A DNA stretch of 64,000 nucleotides. Source: Candidatus Bathyarchaeia archaeon. GTDB taxonomy: Archaea; Thermoproteota; Bathyarchaeia; Bathyarchaeales; Bathycorpusculaceae. Shown here piece by piece: positions 28,841-38,694 of this stretch (position 1 is the stretch's first letter; each line of letters begins with the position of its first letter). The notes under the pieces are model-generated. The model did not search any database and was not told the origin of the DNA. It was given only the letters and a program-made list of their open reading frames with translations. Location of the stretch: positions 32,001 to 96,000 of the forward strand of contig JAVZLS010000003.1 in assembly GCA_038883715.1 (NCBI GenBank), read 5' to 3'. The position numbers and the translations under genes are program-made.

Positions 28841-28904
28841 TTGAATTCCTTCACCGTCTTATTTTCTCCAACTAAAACATACCCGCATTTAATAATTTTC
28901 AATT

Positions 28905-29521
28905 TCAGCCTAGAAAAAGTTGGATGAGGAACATGATTAGTGCTGTTAATGCACCTACAGTTAACATTGCTATTCCGTAGAGCCATCTGTTCTCCTTTGC
29001 TATTTTGCCTAGGTATATGCCTAAAAGGAAAAGAACCGTCAAAGAAAGTGGTGTTGAAGCAATGTAAGCGTTAAATATGGAGATTATCCTCATGGATGCC
29101 AGAATGAAAGGTGTTAGCGAGATTATGGCTGTTAAGGCTGGCGATAATCCATCTATTAACGCTACATAGAAAACCACGAAGCGTGCCGCTTCATAATGTA
29201 CTGGGTCAACATGGTTTCTTGTTTTTTCCTCCATTTCCTTTAAGTGACGTTCTCTTTCGGCTTTTTCAGCCATAAAAGCCCGAAAAACCCGGAAACTCCC
29301 ATGGCAAGGCATGCGCCAAATCCGGCTAGCAAAATAACTTCTGGCTTTGCAACTCCAGCCATCCATGAGCCTAAAACTATGCCGAAGATTGTCATGGCGC
29401 CGTCAAAACCGTTCATTACAAAGTATCTTCTAGCCAATCCACTTGCCTTGGTTACATGGAGGTAAATCCTAACTTTCCTAAAGAGCTTTTTAAGAGAATT
29501 ACCCAACTGTTGACTTTTCAC
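28905..29521 (-). pseudogene. VIT1/CCC1-family membrane protein split by a frameshift near 29280
   Basis: RRYFVMNGFDG...AMGVSGFFG in one frame continues as AFMAEKAERE in the -1 frame. Confidence 0.75.
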
Positions 29522-29632
29522 CCTTTAAGGGCGGATAGTTAAAGCCCATGTTTCAAACGCGGTTTTAATACCACAACTGTTTAATATAAAGCTTTAGAAT
29601 TCTCACTCAACTCTTTAAAAGGAGGAAAATAT

Positions 29633-30676
29633 GTGACCCTTGCAGAAACTTTGGAAAAACTCTCAAACGCTTGCGGAGTAGCCGGGAGAGAGGAGGAAGT
29701 CAGAAAACTCATGAAAAACATGCTAAAGCCCTATGTGGACGAAGTTAAGGAAGACAAGCTTGGAAATGTTATAGGCGTTAAAAAGGGCAAAAAAGACGCG
29801 CCTAAGGTTATGCTAGCAGCTCACATGGACGAGATCGGACTGTTTGTCAAGACTATTTCAAAAGAGGGATTCCTCCAGTTCACAAAAATCGGCGGCATAG
29901 ACGATCGAATACTACTCGCCCAAAAAGTGATAGTCCACACGGAAAAAGGTCCCTTGCATGGAATAATCGGCTCTAAGCCTCCTCACATACAAAAGGAGGA
30001 GGAACGCAAAAAGGTCATGACTTACGACGAACTTTTCATAGACATCGGGGCGGAAAACCAGGAAGAAGCCAAAAAGATGGGCGTAAAAATCGGAGACCCT
30101 GTAAGCTTTGACATAAAATTCGCCAAAATGAGCGACGACATAGTTATCGGAAAAGCCTTCGACGACCGAGTCGGCTGCGCAGTAATGGTTGAAGCAATGA
30201 AACAGCTCAAAGAGGCAGAATGCACAGTTTACGCTGTTGGAACAGTGCAAGAAGAGGTAGGCTTAAGAGGGGCAACAACAGCGGCATTTGGCATATACCC
30301 CGACGTGGGCATAGCCCTAGACGTTACCATAGCCGGCGACGTCCCAGGCGTAAAAGAGGTGGAAGCTCCGGTAAAGCTTCGGAAAGGTCCATCAATAACC
30401 GTTGCTGACTACGGGCTTATAACCCATCCAAAAGTTTTGCGGTTACTGGTTGACGTGGCAGAGGAAAACAAAATTCCATACCAACTTGAAACTGGTTTAC
30501 AGGGCTCAACAGACGCTGCCCGCATATCCCTAACAAGGGAAGGCGTTCCCAGTGGCGTCATATCGGTGCCGACACGCTACATTCACAGTCCGGCATCCCT
30601 ATTAAGCCTAAAGGATGCTGAAAATGCCGTCAAGCTAACAGTGGCAGCCATCAAAAAAATTCCAAAATGCTTCTAA
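29633..30676 (+). CDS. M42-family aminopeptidase (TET/Frv)
   Basis: AAHMDEIG, KAFDDRVG, QEEVGLRGA, TDA, RYIHSP. Confidence 0.93.
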   Translation: MTLAETLEKLSNACGVAGREEEVRKLMKNMLKPYVDEVKEDKLGNVIGVKKGKKDAPKVMLAAHMDEIGLFVKTISKEGFLQFTKIGGIDDRILLAQKVIVHTEKGPLHGIIGSKPPHIQKEEERKKVMTYDELFIDIGAENQEEAKKMGVKIGDPVSFDIKFAKMSDDIVIGKAFDDRVGCAVMVEAMKQLKEAECTVYAVGTVQEEVGLRGATTAAFGIYPDVGIALDVTIAGDVPGVKEVEAPVKLRKGPSITVADYGLITHPKVLRLLVDVAEENKIPYQLETGLQGSTDAARISLTREGVPSGVISVPTRYIHSPASLLSLKDAENAVKLTVAAIKKIPKCF

Positions 30677-30763
30677 ACTTCTTCATAAAATCGCTAATCC
30701 CCTTCATTTGTTGAACATAAAACAATTTAAAATCACAAGGCTTTTACTAATATCGACAAGGCT

Positions 30764-31201
30764 ATGCCAAGGAAAAGAAACTTTGAGTTTCTCGAACATA
30801 TGGCAGATGCGTATATCGCTGCCTACGGAAGAGACCTAGCTGAAGCTTTTGAAAACGCTGCCGCCGCCATGTTTGAGGTGATGACAGACATTGAGAAGGT
30901 AAACCCTGAAAACGAAGATTATGTTGAAGTTGAAGCGGCAGATGAGCATGCCCTACTTTATAACTGGCTTGAAGAACTCCTTGTTAAATCAGAGATCAAC
31001 GAAATGCTATATTCAAAATTCAAAATATTTGAGGTAACCAAAACGGCGGATGGTTTTAGGCTCAAAGCCAAAATATGGGGTGAGAAGTTTAACCCAGAAA
31101 AGCACCCTCAGAAGGTTGGCGTCAAGGCTGTCACATACCATCAAATGGAGATAATTCGGGAGCCAGATAAGACAACTGTGAAGTTTATACTTGACATTTA
31201 A
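30764..31201 (+). CDS. Archease
   Basis: FLEHMAD, AFENAA, VKAVTYH, ILDI. Confidence 0.93.
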   Translation: MPRKRNFEFLEHMADAYIAAYGRDLAEAFENAAAAMFEVMTDIEKVNPENEDYVEVEAADEHALLYNWLEELLVKSEINEMLYSKFKIFEVTKTADGFRLKAKIWGEKFNPEKHPQKVGVKAVTYHQMEIIREPDKTTVKFILDI

Positions 31202-31854
31202 GCTAGGCCCAGTCTCTTCAACCCTTTTAAAATCTCTTGGACTATGACTTCTGGCGGTGTTTCTAGTTTTTCGCATTTAACTTCCACAAACGGAACCTTT
31301 TTCTTCCTATAATATTCTAGTAGGGGCTGTGTTTGCTTTTCATAAACCTCTATACGCTGTTTAATAACTTCGGGCTTGTCGTCTGAACGCTGATATAATG
31401 GTCCGCCACAGTGGTCGCAAACCATGTCGTTTTTTGGCTTTAAGAAGAGTAGGTTGTAGATGGCTCCACAGTTTTTGCATATCCTCCTAGAAGACAAACG
31501 TTTAATAATTATCCAGTCAGGAACTATGAGGTGGATTATTGCGTCTATTTTGGCTATTTCGCCAAGAGCCTTGGCTTGCTCAGTTGTTCTAGGATAGCCA
31601 TCTAAAATGAAGCCTTTGCCCTTTGGAATCTTAGTCAAGTTCTCCTTTAAAACTTCAAAGGTTATGTCATCCGGGACAAGCCAGCCCTTCTCCACATAAG
31701 CTTTCACTTTTATTCCTAACGGTGTATTCTCTTTTATCATTTCCCGAAAGATGTCGCCGGTGGCTATGACTGCAACGTTAAGTACATCCTTTAACCTTGA
31801 GGCATACGTTCCTTTCCCTGACCCCGGCGCGCCAAAGATTATCAGATTGACCAT
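31198..31854 (-). CDS. adk: Adenylate kinase (bacterial type, Zn-binding LID)
   Basis: GAPGSGKGT, TGDIFR, LDGYPR, CxxC..CxxC lid, QRSDD. Confidence 0.93.
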   Translation of the reverse strand: MVNLIIFGAPGSGKGTYASRLKDVLNVAVIATGDIFREMIKENTPLGIKVKAYVEKGWLVPDDITFEVLKENLTKIPKGKGFILDGYPRTTEQAKALGEIAKIDAIIHLIVPDWIIIKRLSSRRICKNCGAIYNLLFLKPKNDMVCDHCGGPLYQRSDDKPEVIKQRIEVYEKQTQPLLEYYRKKKVPFVEVKCEKLETPPEVIVQEILKGLKRLGLA

Positions 31855-31939
31855 CGCTTAACAGCATCCTTTCTTTGGTAATCTTGTAAGAGATTGAATA
31901 GAATTAAAAATATTTGCACGACCTGCATCCCATTCGGGG

Positions 31940-32410
31940 TTAACGGATGAGGAAAGATATCTCTTTAACAAGCGTTTCCGGGATTATTGCTTTACCCTTC
32001 TTTTTGTTTAGCTTAACGAAACCCATTTTGCTGAGAACCTGCAAGTCTTGATAGACATTTTTCACGTTGCGCCTCAATTTTTTAGCCAAATCGTTTATTG
32101 ATTCCACTCTTAAAGTTGCCAGTTGACAGAGTATTTCTATCCTTTTCGGCGTGAGAGCCGCCACTTGGTCTGGTTTAAGCTCTTTCACTTCCTCAATGGC
32201 ATAGTCAAGAGTCCCTTCTTCCAAATATCCTTTATAACTATCTATGAGTTCAGCCCACTCAAAAAAGGCTCTGGCAAATTTTGTGTTAAGCCTACCTTTG
32301 AGGAACAATTCTTCAAACTTTTCAAAACTCATTCCAAACTCATGTTCGAAATTCTTAATCCTTTCAGTAACCTCTTCTGGTGTCAAATTTCGAACAATTC
32401 TGATAAGCAT
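31940..32410 (-). CDS. HTH DNA-binding protein (HVO_A0114-like C-terminus)
   Basis: LTPKRIEIL...SINDLAKKLRRNVKNVYQDL..L...GFV. Confidence 0.75.
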   Translation of the reverse strand: MLIRIVRNLTPEEVTERIKNFEHEFGMSFEKFEELFLKGRLNTKFARAFFEWAELIDSYKGYLEEGTLDYAIEEVKELKPDQVAALTPKRIEILCQLATLRVESINDLAKKLRRNVKNVYQDLQVLSKMGFVKLNKKKGKAIIPETLVKEISFLIR

Positions 32411-32517
32411 AAATAATCATTGAAAGATAGAGTGTTTGCTTTCTTAAACTTTCACGCAAAACGTTTAAGGCACACGGCAAAGCTTTAAACCTCACTAATA
32501 AAGGGATGTAGAAAAGA

Positions 32518-33435
32518 ATGAATGTATCAAAGATAGATGAGCATATTTTCATGATTGACGTTGAAGTGGCAGGGATACCACACTTCATCGCCAGCTACAT
32601 TTTGATAGGTGAAAAAATAGCTATAATCGAGACCGGCCCCACGTCTTCTATCCAAAATCTTGTTCGCGGCTTAACAAGTTTAGGCATAAAACCCGATAAC
32701 GTTTCCTACATTGCTGTTTCACACATACACCTAGATCATGGTGGAGGCGTTGGCACTCTAGTGAAGCATTTTCCAAAAGCAAAGGTCATTGTCCATGAAA
32801 AAGGGGCGCCGCATCTCGCAAATCCTGAAAAGCTTTGGCAACAGTCACAAATGGTCCTAGGAGAGTTAGCTGGAATTTATGGGAAACCAGAACCAGTTCC
32901 AGCTGACCAAATAATTGCCGCAAAGGATGGCATGACCTTTGAGATTGGGAAAGGCATAGCACTACAAGTTGTAGAAACACTCGGACACGCCTCCCACCAC
33001 TTAAGCTACTACGAGCCGCAAAGCAATGGCGTATTCGTGGGAGATGCCGGCGGAATTTATCTGAACGATATAGACGTTATAGTTCCAACAACACCTTCGC
33101 CCTTCAGATTGGACTTGGCTTTGGCGTCCTTGAAAAAATTGGCGGATCTAGAACCTTCAGTTCTATACTACACGCATTTTGGCAAAGCAAAAAACGCCAC
33201 GAAAAAACTCCACATATACGCTGATCAGCTTAGGCTTTGGGCCAACATTGCAAAACAATCATTAGACAAAGGTGAAGATTTAGAGAAAATTAGCCATAAA
33301 ATTACAGAAAATGATCGAGCCGTTAAAAAGGCCTTAGAGTATATTAAAATGCACAAAGTTTTGGGCGAAACAGTTCTTAAAACAAGCGTTTGGGGCATAG
33401 TGGAGTTCGTGAAGAATTTCGGGCTTCCAACTTAG
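32518..33435 (+). CDS. Metallo-beta-lactamase fold hydrolase
   Basis: SHIHLDHGGG, GHASHH, GDAGG, YTHFG. Confidence 0.9.
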   Translation: MNVSKIDEHIFMIDVEVAGIPHFIASYILIGEKIAIIETGPTSSIQNLVRGLTSLGIKPDNVSYIAVSHIHLDHGGGVGTLVKHFPKAKVIVHEKGAPHLANPEKLWQQSQMVLGELAGIYGKPEPVPADQIIAAKDGMTFEIGKGIALQVVETLGHASHHLSYYEPQSNGVFVGDAGGIYLNDIDVIVPTTPSPFRLDLALASLKKLADLEPSVLYYTHFGKAKNATKKLHIYADQLRLWANIAKQSLDKGEDLEKISHKITENDRAVKKALEYIKMHKVLGETVLKTSVWGIVEFVKNFGLPT

Positions 33436-33501
33436 TTATTGGTTTATACGCCAAAATACTTTATATTTAACGCTGCTTGAGAGAGGCTTAGGTGAAATGT
33501 T

Positions 33502-34983
33502 ATGGGTGAAGAAGGAGAGGGAAGACCTCCCTCTGAAAAAGTTCCTCTTGAAAAGGTGAACGATTACACTTGGCGTATCCCAAAATATAAACCTGGAATG
33601 CGGGTTCCAGGCATAATTTTTGCAGATAAAATGTTACTTGAGAAAATGCAGACAGACAGAACCCTTGAACAATGCTCTAATGTTGCCCACTTGCCAGGCA
33701 TATACAAGTATTCTATAACTTTGCCGGACGGGCATGAGGGTTACGGTTTTCCAATTGGTGGTGTGGCTGCAACAGACTATAACGAGGGCGTAATTAGCCC
33801 GGGCGGAGTTGGTTACGACATAAACTGTGGTGTGCGCCTTCTGACAACAAACCTTTCAGAACAGGATATTAGACCCAAACTTGTGCAGCTGACAAACGCC
33901 ATTTTTGAAAATGTGCCGTGCGGTCTTGGAAGTCGCAGAAAAGACTTCAAAGTAACAATCCACGACTTAGACAGACTTGCAATGGAAGGCGTCCAGTGGG
34001 TTATAGACCAGGGTTTAGGTTGGGATGAAGACGCGGAGCACTGCGAAGAGCATGGCTGCATGAAAAATGCCAATCCAGACAAGGTTTCGACAACTGCCAA
34101 GAACAGAGGGTTAACACAAATAGGCACGTTGGGTTCTGGAAACCACTTCTTAGAAATTCAAAAAGTTGACAAAATTTATGATGAGCGAACAGCCAAAGCC
34201 TTTGGAATAGAGCATGAGGGACAAGTAACCGTCATGATCCACTGCGGCTCCAGGGGCTTTGGACATCAAATCTGCTCGGACTATTTGCGGGTTATGGAGC
34301 GAGCCGTCCACAAGTACAAGATAGTTTTGCCAGACAGAGAACTTGCATGCGCCCCCGGAAACAGCAATGAGGCTGAAGACTATTATGAGGCTATGGCATG
34401 CGCAGTAAACTATGCTTTTGCAAATAGGCAGGCAATAATGCACTGGGTTCGCCAAAGTTTCCAGCAAGTTTTCAAAGAAGACCCCGAAAAATTTGGCTTA
34501 AAACTGGTTTACGATGTGGCACACAACATTGCAAAAATAGAAACTCATAGGGTTAATGGCGAGCAACGAAAAGTTTGGGTTCACAGAAAAGGCGCCACAA
34601 GAGCCTTCCCACCAGGACACCCGGAAATCCCAGCAGACTACAGAAGCGTCGGACAGCCAGTAATAATACCCGGAAGCATGGGAACAAGCTCATGGGTTCT
34701 AGTCGGCACTGAAAAAGCCATGGAAATAAGCTTCGGCTCAACAGCCCACGGAGCCGGCAGAATGCTAAGCCGAGCAGCCGCAAAACGAAGATTTTACGGC
34801 GGAGACGTAAAAAGAAGTCTTGAACAGCGAGGCATAGCCGTCAGAGCTGCAAGCGCAGTCGTACTAGCCGAAGAGGCAGACCCCGCATACAAAAACGTGG
34901 ATATAGTCGCTGACGTAAGCCACAAAGTCGGCATAGCCACAAAAGTCGCAAGACTCGTACCACTGGCAGTCGTGAAAGGCTAA
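33502..34983 (+). CDS. rtcB: tRNA-splicing ligase RtcB
   Basis: PDGHEGYGFPIGG, GYDINCG, GSGNHFLE, HCGSRG, HGAGR. Confidence 0.97.
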   Translation: MGEEGEGRPPSEKVPLEKVNDYTWRIPKYKPGMRVPGIIFADKMLLEKMQTDRTLEQCSNVAHLPGIYKYSITLPDGHEGYGFPIGGVAATDYNEGVISPGGVGYDINCGVRLLTTNLSEQDIRPKLVQLTNAIFENVPCGLGSRRKDFKVTIHDLDRLAMEGVQWVIDQGLGWDEDAEHCEEHGCMKNANPDKVSTTAKNRGLTQIGTLGSGNHFLEIQKVDKIYDERTAKAFGIEHEGQVTVMIHCGSRGFGHQICSDYLRVMERAVHKYKIVLPDRELACAPGNSNEAEDYYEAMACAVNYAFANRQAIMHWVRQSFQQVFKEDPEKFGLKLVYDVAHNIAKIETHRVNGEQRKVWVHRKGATRAFPPGHPEIPADYRSVGQPVIIPGSMGTSSWVLVGTEKAMEISFGSTAHGAGRMLSRAAAKRRFYGGDVKRSLEQRGIAVRAASAVVLAEEADPAYKNVDIVADVSHKVGIATKVARLVPLAVVKG

Positions 34984-35000
34984 ATTCAAATTTATTGCAG

Positions 35001-35078
35001 TGGCGGGCGGGGTGGGATTTGAACCCACGATCACAAGCTTAGGAGGCTTGCGCCCTATCCTTGCTAGGCTACCCGCCC
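35001..35078 (-). tRNA. tRNA-Arg(CCT), CCA encoded
   Basis: Reverse complement gggcggg...caagc-ctCCTaa-gcttg...gtgggTTCAAATcccac-cccgcccgCCA. Confidence 0.93.
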
Positions 35079-35171
35079 ATCCAAATAGAAAATAACAACA
35101 ATCTCAACTTAAATGTATCTTGGCACGGAAAACTTAAACATTGGAAAGCCTTTTGAGAATACTTGCCAGCG

Positions 35172-35292
35172 GCGGGGGTACCCGAGCCAGGTCTAAATGG
35201 GCTGTTTAGGGGCGTAGACCAGCCTAGGATAAGGGGGAGGACTTAAGATCCTCTGGCGTAGGCCTCCGTGGGTTCAAATCCCACCCCCCGCA
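35172..35292 (+). tRNA. tRNA-Leu(TAA) with a 36-nt non-canonical intron (35197..35232, about position 22/23)
   Basis: Removing the intron gives GCGGGGGTACCCGAGCCAGGTCTAAGGGGGAGGAC-TTAAGA-TCCTC, a long variable arm and TTCAAAT T-loop; helix-bulge-helix junction. Confidence 0.9.
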
Positions 35293-35392
35293 CCTCGATT
35301 AAAGGCTCGGTTTTGCTATCTTTTCCACGATACGTTTGCAAAGTGCCACATTATAGCCATTAAATCTAATAATAAATTGAACAAATACCATT

Positions 35393-36349
35393 TTGAGGCA
35401 GTTGCAGATGTATACTTCCTTAGGTCGTGTTGGCTATCCCGTAGCTAAAATTAGGCTCTTTATGTCCATTTTCTCTGCAGCCTTTTTCGGCTTCTTGCTA
35501 TATTCGGCCTCAGTGTATTTCAAATGGTTTAATGTCCTTCGAGGATTTTATCTTCTCCTTGGCATTGTTGAGGGTTTATTGATGGGAGAGCTTGAAGCTC
35601 GAATTATAACCAGCAAATTATTGAGGGAAACAGAAGTTATAGTGTGGCAAATACTTTTAATAAGCGCTGCTTTAATCGGTTTACCGCTCCTGTTGGCATT
35701 AATCCTTTTTGAGGCTTCAGAGTTTTTACTTTTTGCAGCTTATCTAGTTTTGCCATTCGTCCCAGTTTATTCTGCCGCAAGCGGCTGGCGCTTTCACAGG
35801 TTTGAACAGCAAAACAAGGTTCAAGTTTTCATGTTCATTTACGGATTTAAGTTCTGGACGGAACCCATCCTTAGCGATAGCGACAGATTATGCCATTTCA
35901 TAAACGATGTGGCATCAAAGGATGCTCTAGCAATATTAAGCCAAGCAGGATACTCAAAAAAGTTAATAGTTGCACTTCAAGAAAGGCAAGACATTGAAAC
36001 GTCAACCAAGAAAGAACTGTCCAAAATTCTCCTAGTCATGAACAAATATAAACGTCAAATGCTGACAGTATTTGCTGCGTTTTTAATCTCATGCTTTCTT
36101 CTTATAGTCTACTTTCTCGTTCTTGCGAGTACAAACATGTTTGGATTAGTGGAAATTGTAAACCATAACGTAGTCTCGGGACAGGCTGCCAGCTTGATAT
36201 TGTTATGTGTTCCAACATTCTCAGTGTTAGGCGGTGTCTTTATAGCAGCATGGCGTTTGAGAAAGCGTTATCGAAAGGTAATTTTAAGGATTTTGGAAAA
36301 CTTAAACCTTGATAAGCCGTCTTCCATTTTATCGGACGACGAAATGTAG
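35393..36349 (+). CDS. Hypothetical multi-pass membrane protein
   Basis: 318-aa ORF with about 6 hydrophobic segments; no motif recognised. Confidence 0.6.
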   Translation: MRQLQMYTSLGRVGYPVAKIRLFMSIFSAAFFGFLLYSASVYFKWFNVLRGFYLLLGIVEGLLMGELEARIITSKLLRETEVIVWQILLISAALIGLPLLLALILFEASEFLLFAAYLVLPFVPVYSAASGWRFHRFEQQNKVQVFMFIYGFKFWTEPILSDSDRLCHFINDVASKDALAILSQAGYSKKLIVALQERQDIETSTKKELSKILLVMNKYKRQMLTVFAAFLISCFLLIVYFLVLASTNMFGLVEIVNHNVVSGQAASLILLCVPTFSVLGGVFIAAWRLRKRYRKVILRILENLNLDKPSSILSDDEM

Positions 36350-36375
36350 GTAATTGACGGGCTTACTCTTTCTAA

Positions 36376-36957
36376 TTAAAACGGGTACCCTATGGTCTGA
36401 GCTAAAACTATTATTTGTTTTGGATTTAAGCCGACGGCTTTGCTGAAGGCTTCCTTGTCTATTAATGCTCTAACAACGGTATTTATCCCTTCGGAGGCGC
36501 AGTACATGTAAACGTTTTGGGCTTTATGTCCAGCCTCCACATAAACCCACTTCAGTTTTTCTTCTTCTGGGGCTGGTCTTGGGAGGTTTTCCAGCTTTGC
36601 CATATCAGCAATATAAATTAGGTTCAATGGAGCATTGTACACGTATTCTTGTTTTCCAACAAGCCTTCTATAGTCGCCTTCAGCAACTGGCAGAAGTTGA
36701 TGCCTAGTCGGGTCATATCGGTAGACGCCTTCAGGAAGCACCGCGTAAACATCTACGGGATGCTTGTTCATAGCGGAGGGCGCTGTTCGTTTGCCATCCT
36801 CCCGGTTTATGCCATTGGCAGCCCAAAGAACCTCTGACAAGTGTTGGAGGCTAAGTATCCTATCTGAGAAGTCCCTTTCAGAACGCCTATTCTTTAGGGC
36901 TTGCATCACAGGAATTCCTTTGTCAAATCTTGGCGGGTCAAGTTTTATCGGTTCCAT
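36376..36957 (-). CDS. Nitroreductase family protein (SagB/ThcOx-like)
   Basis: RRSERDF, LWAANG, RTAPSA, EAGH.AQNVY. Confidence 0.88.
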   Translation of the reverse strand: MEPIKLDPPRFDKGIPVMQALKNRRSERDFSDRILSLQHLSEVLWAANGINREDGKRTAPSAMNKHPVDVYAVLPEGVYRYDPTRHQLLPVAEGDYRRLVGKQEYVYNAPLNLIYIADMAKLENLPRPAPEEEKLKWVYVEAGHKAQNVYMYCASEGINTVVRALIDKEAFSKAVGLNPKQIIVLAQTIGYPF

Positions 36958-37055
36958 GAAAAAGAGGTATCAGAATCCCTACGAATTTAATTTTTCTCTG
37001 GCAGCATTTCAGATTAAATATTGGACAAGCCTATAATCTACTAGATAGACCGCCG

Positions 37056-37388
37056 GTGATAGTGCCGTTAAAAATGGATGACGCGACAAAGCGCATAGCC
37101 CAACAGCGAATTCAAACCCTTTTCCGTTTGGCTAGAGAAACCTATCGGGATGACCCGCTTTTGGCTCAGCGTTATGTGGATATAGCCCGCCGTGTGGCTA
37201 TGGCAGCCAAAATTCGCCTTCCAAAGGAATACAGGCGCATGGTTTGCCGCCACTGCAAAGGTTTTATCTTGCCCGGTGTTAGCTGTCGTGTCCGCATAAA
37301 ACAACGACGAGAACCCCATGTGGTCATCACGTGCCTAAAGTGCGGAAAACATATGCGTATACCCCTTAAAAGGAAGGAGAAAGAATGA
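37056..37388 (+). CDS. rnp4: RNase P protein component 4 (Rpp21)
   Basis: IA.QRI..LF, A.RYV, CRHC..CLKCG. Confidence 0.92.
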   Translation: MIVPLKMDDATKRIAQQRIQTLFRLARETYRDDPLLAQRYVDIARRVAMAAKIRLPKEYRRMVCRHCKGFILPGVSCRVRIKQRREPHVVITCLKCGKHMRIPLKRKEKE

Positions 37389-37678
37389 GCAAACTTACCA
37401 GTAAAATGAAACGCCGCATTAAAAGCGAGTTTGGAGAAGAAAAACCCACCATCTGGATTGGTAAAAAGCAAATCTCCAACAAGTTGATTAAAGAAGTAGA
37501 GAAGCAGCTTGAGAAAAGGAAAATAGTCAAAGTCAAAATTTTGAAAAGCGCCCTACAAGAGGCAAAAGCCAGCGAAATAGCCTCAGCGATTTCCAAGCAG
37601 ACAGAAGCCGACTTGGTGGAGGTTAGAGGGCACACCTTCATCCTTTACAAACGTAGAAGAAAAGCTCCAAAAGAGTGA
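37385..37678 (+). CDS. YhbY/CRM RNA-binding protein
   Basis: KPTIWIGK, VKVKILK, VRGHTFILYK. Confidence 0.9.
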   Translation: MSKLTSKMKRRIKSEFGEEKPTIWIGKKQISNKLIKEVEKQLEKRKIVKVKILKSALQEAKASEIASAISKQTEADLVEVRGHTFILYKRRRKAPKE

Positions 37679-37728
37679 AAGCCTTTATATCGGGCCTGGT
37701 GAATTACTGAAGGAAAACACCGGAGAAA

Positions 37729-38202
37729 ATGGGATTGCCGACTCCAAACAATGTGCCAGCACCAGAATTCATCCAGAAACTAGCCAACTATCTAAAGGAA
37801 AATGTTGATGAGGTGACGCCTCCAGCATGGGCAAGCATAGTTAAAACTGGCGCCCACACGCAGAGAACGCCTGACAACCCTGATTGGTGGTTTGTACGAT
37901 GCGCCTCGCTGTTGCGGAAAATATACATTCATGGGCCGATAGGAATAGAGAGACTTCGCGCAGAATACGGTGGCAGAAAAGACTTCGGCGTTAGACCAGA
38001 ACACGCCGTCAAGGCGGGCGGAGCAATAATAAGAAAGGCCTTGCAACAGCTTGAAAACGCTGGGCTTGTTGAAAAGTTCCAGAACAAGGGAAGACGAATA
38101 ACGAAGGAAGGGAGAAAACTTCTAGAGGAAATAGCCGAAGAAGTGAAGAAGGACTTGCTGAAGGAAATGCCGGAGCTGGAGAAATACCAAAAGAGTGAGT
38201 AG
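37729..38202 (+). CDS. rps19e: 30S ribosomal protein S19e
   Basis: [28 protein letters not shown]. Confidence 0.96.
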   Translation: MGLPTPNNVPAPEFIQKLANYLKENVDEVTPPAWASIVKTGAHTQRTPDNPDWWFVRCASLLRKIYIHGPIGIERLRAEYGGRKDFGVRPEHAVKAGGAIIRKALQQLENAGLVEKFQNKGRRITKEGRKLLEEIAEEVKKDLLKEMPELEKYQKSE

Positions 38203-38204
38203 AA

Positions 38205-38534
38205 ATGTCAGAGGAAGAGCTTGAAGAACTTCGCCAGAAAAAACTTTTGGCACTACAACGGAGAATAGCCGAAGAACAACGAAGAGCCCAAATGGAACAA
38301 CAGCTCGAAATGCAAAAACAAGCCATATTAAAGAGCATTCTTACACCGGAAGCGAGACAAAGGTTAGCAAACCTGAAACTTGTTAAGCCAGAGTTTACAG
38401 CGCAGCTGGAACTTCAGCTAATCCAGCTAGCCCAAATGGGAAAACTGCCAATACCCCTAACCGACGAGCAGCTCAAGCAAATACTGATTCAGCTACAGGC
38501 CCAAAAGCGTGAAATAAAGATAAGGAGGGTTTAG
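38205..38534 (+). CDS. PDCD5-family DNA-binding protein
   Basis: [19 protein letters not shown]; conserved position after rps19e. Confidence 0.92.
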   Translation: MSEEELEELRQKKLLALQRRIAEEQRRAQMEQQLEMQKQAILKSILTPEARQRLANLKLVKPEFTAQLELQLIQLAQMGKLPIPLTDEQLKQILIQLQAQKREIKIRRV

Positions 38535-38535
38535 T

Positions 38536-38691
38536 ATGGCTAGATTCAAGCCCCCAGCCAAAAAGAGGAGACTGGCAAAAGCTGGAAAACAGAAAAGGGC
38601 TGTTCCAACATGGGTTATAGCAAAGACCGCTGGAAAATTTAGAACTCATCCGAAAAGGAGGCATTGGAGAACCCGCAAAATAAAAGCCTAA
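38536..38691 (+). CDS. rpl39e: 50S ribosomal protein L39e (below ORF-track cutoff)
   Basis: Manual translation [51 protein letters not shown]; expected position before rpl31e. Confidence 0.95.
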   Translation: MARFKPPAKKRRLAKAGKQKRAVPTWVIAKTAGKFRTHPKRRHWRTRKIKA

Positions 38692-38694
38692 AAG

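Noticed and set aside
35293-36957. Genomic island after tRNA-Leu
   Set aside because: Only two genes, no integrase or att repeat; the shared gtgggttcaaatcccac is just the T-arm of the two tRNAs.
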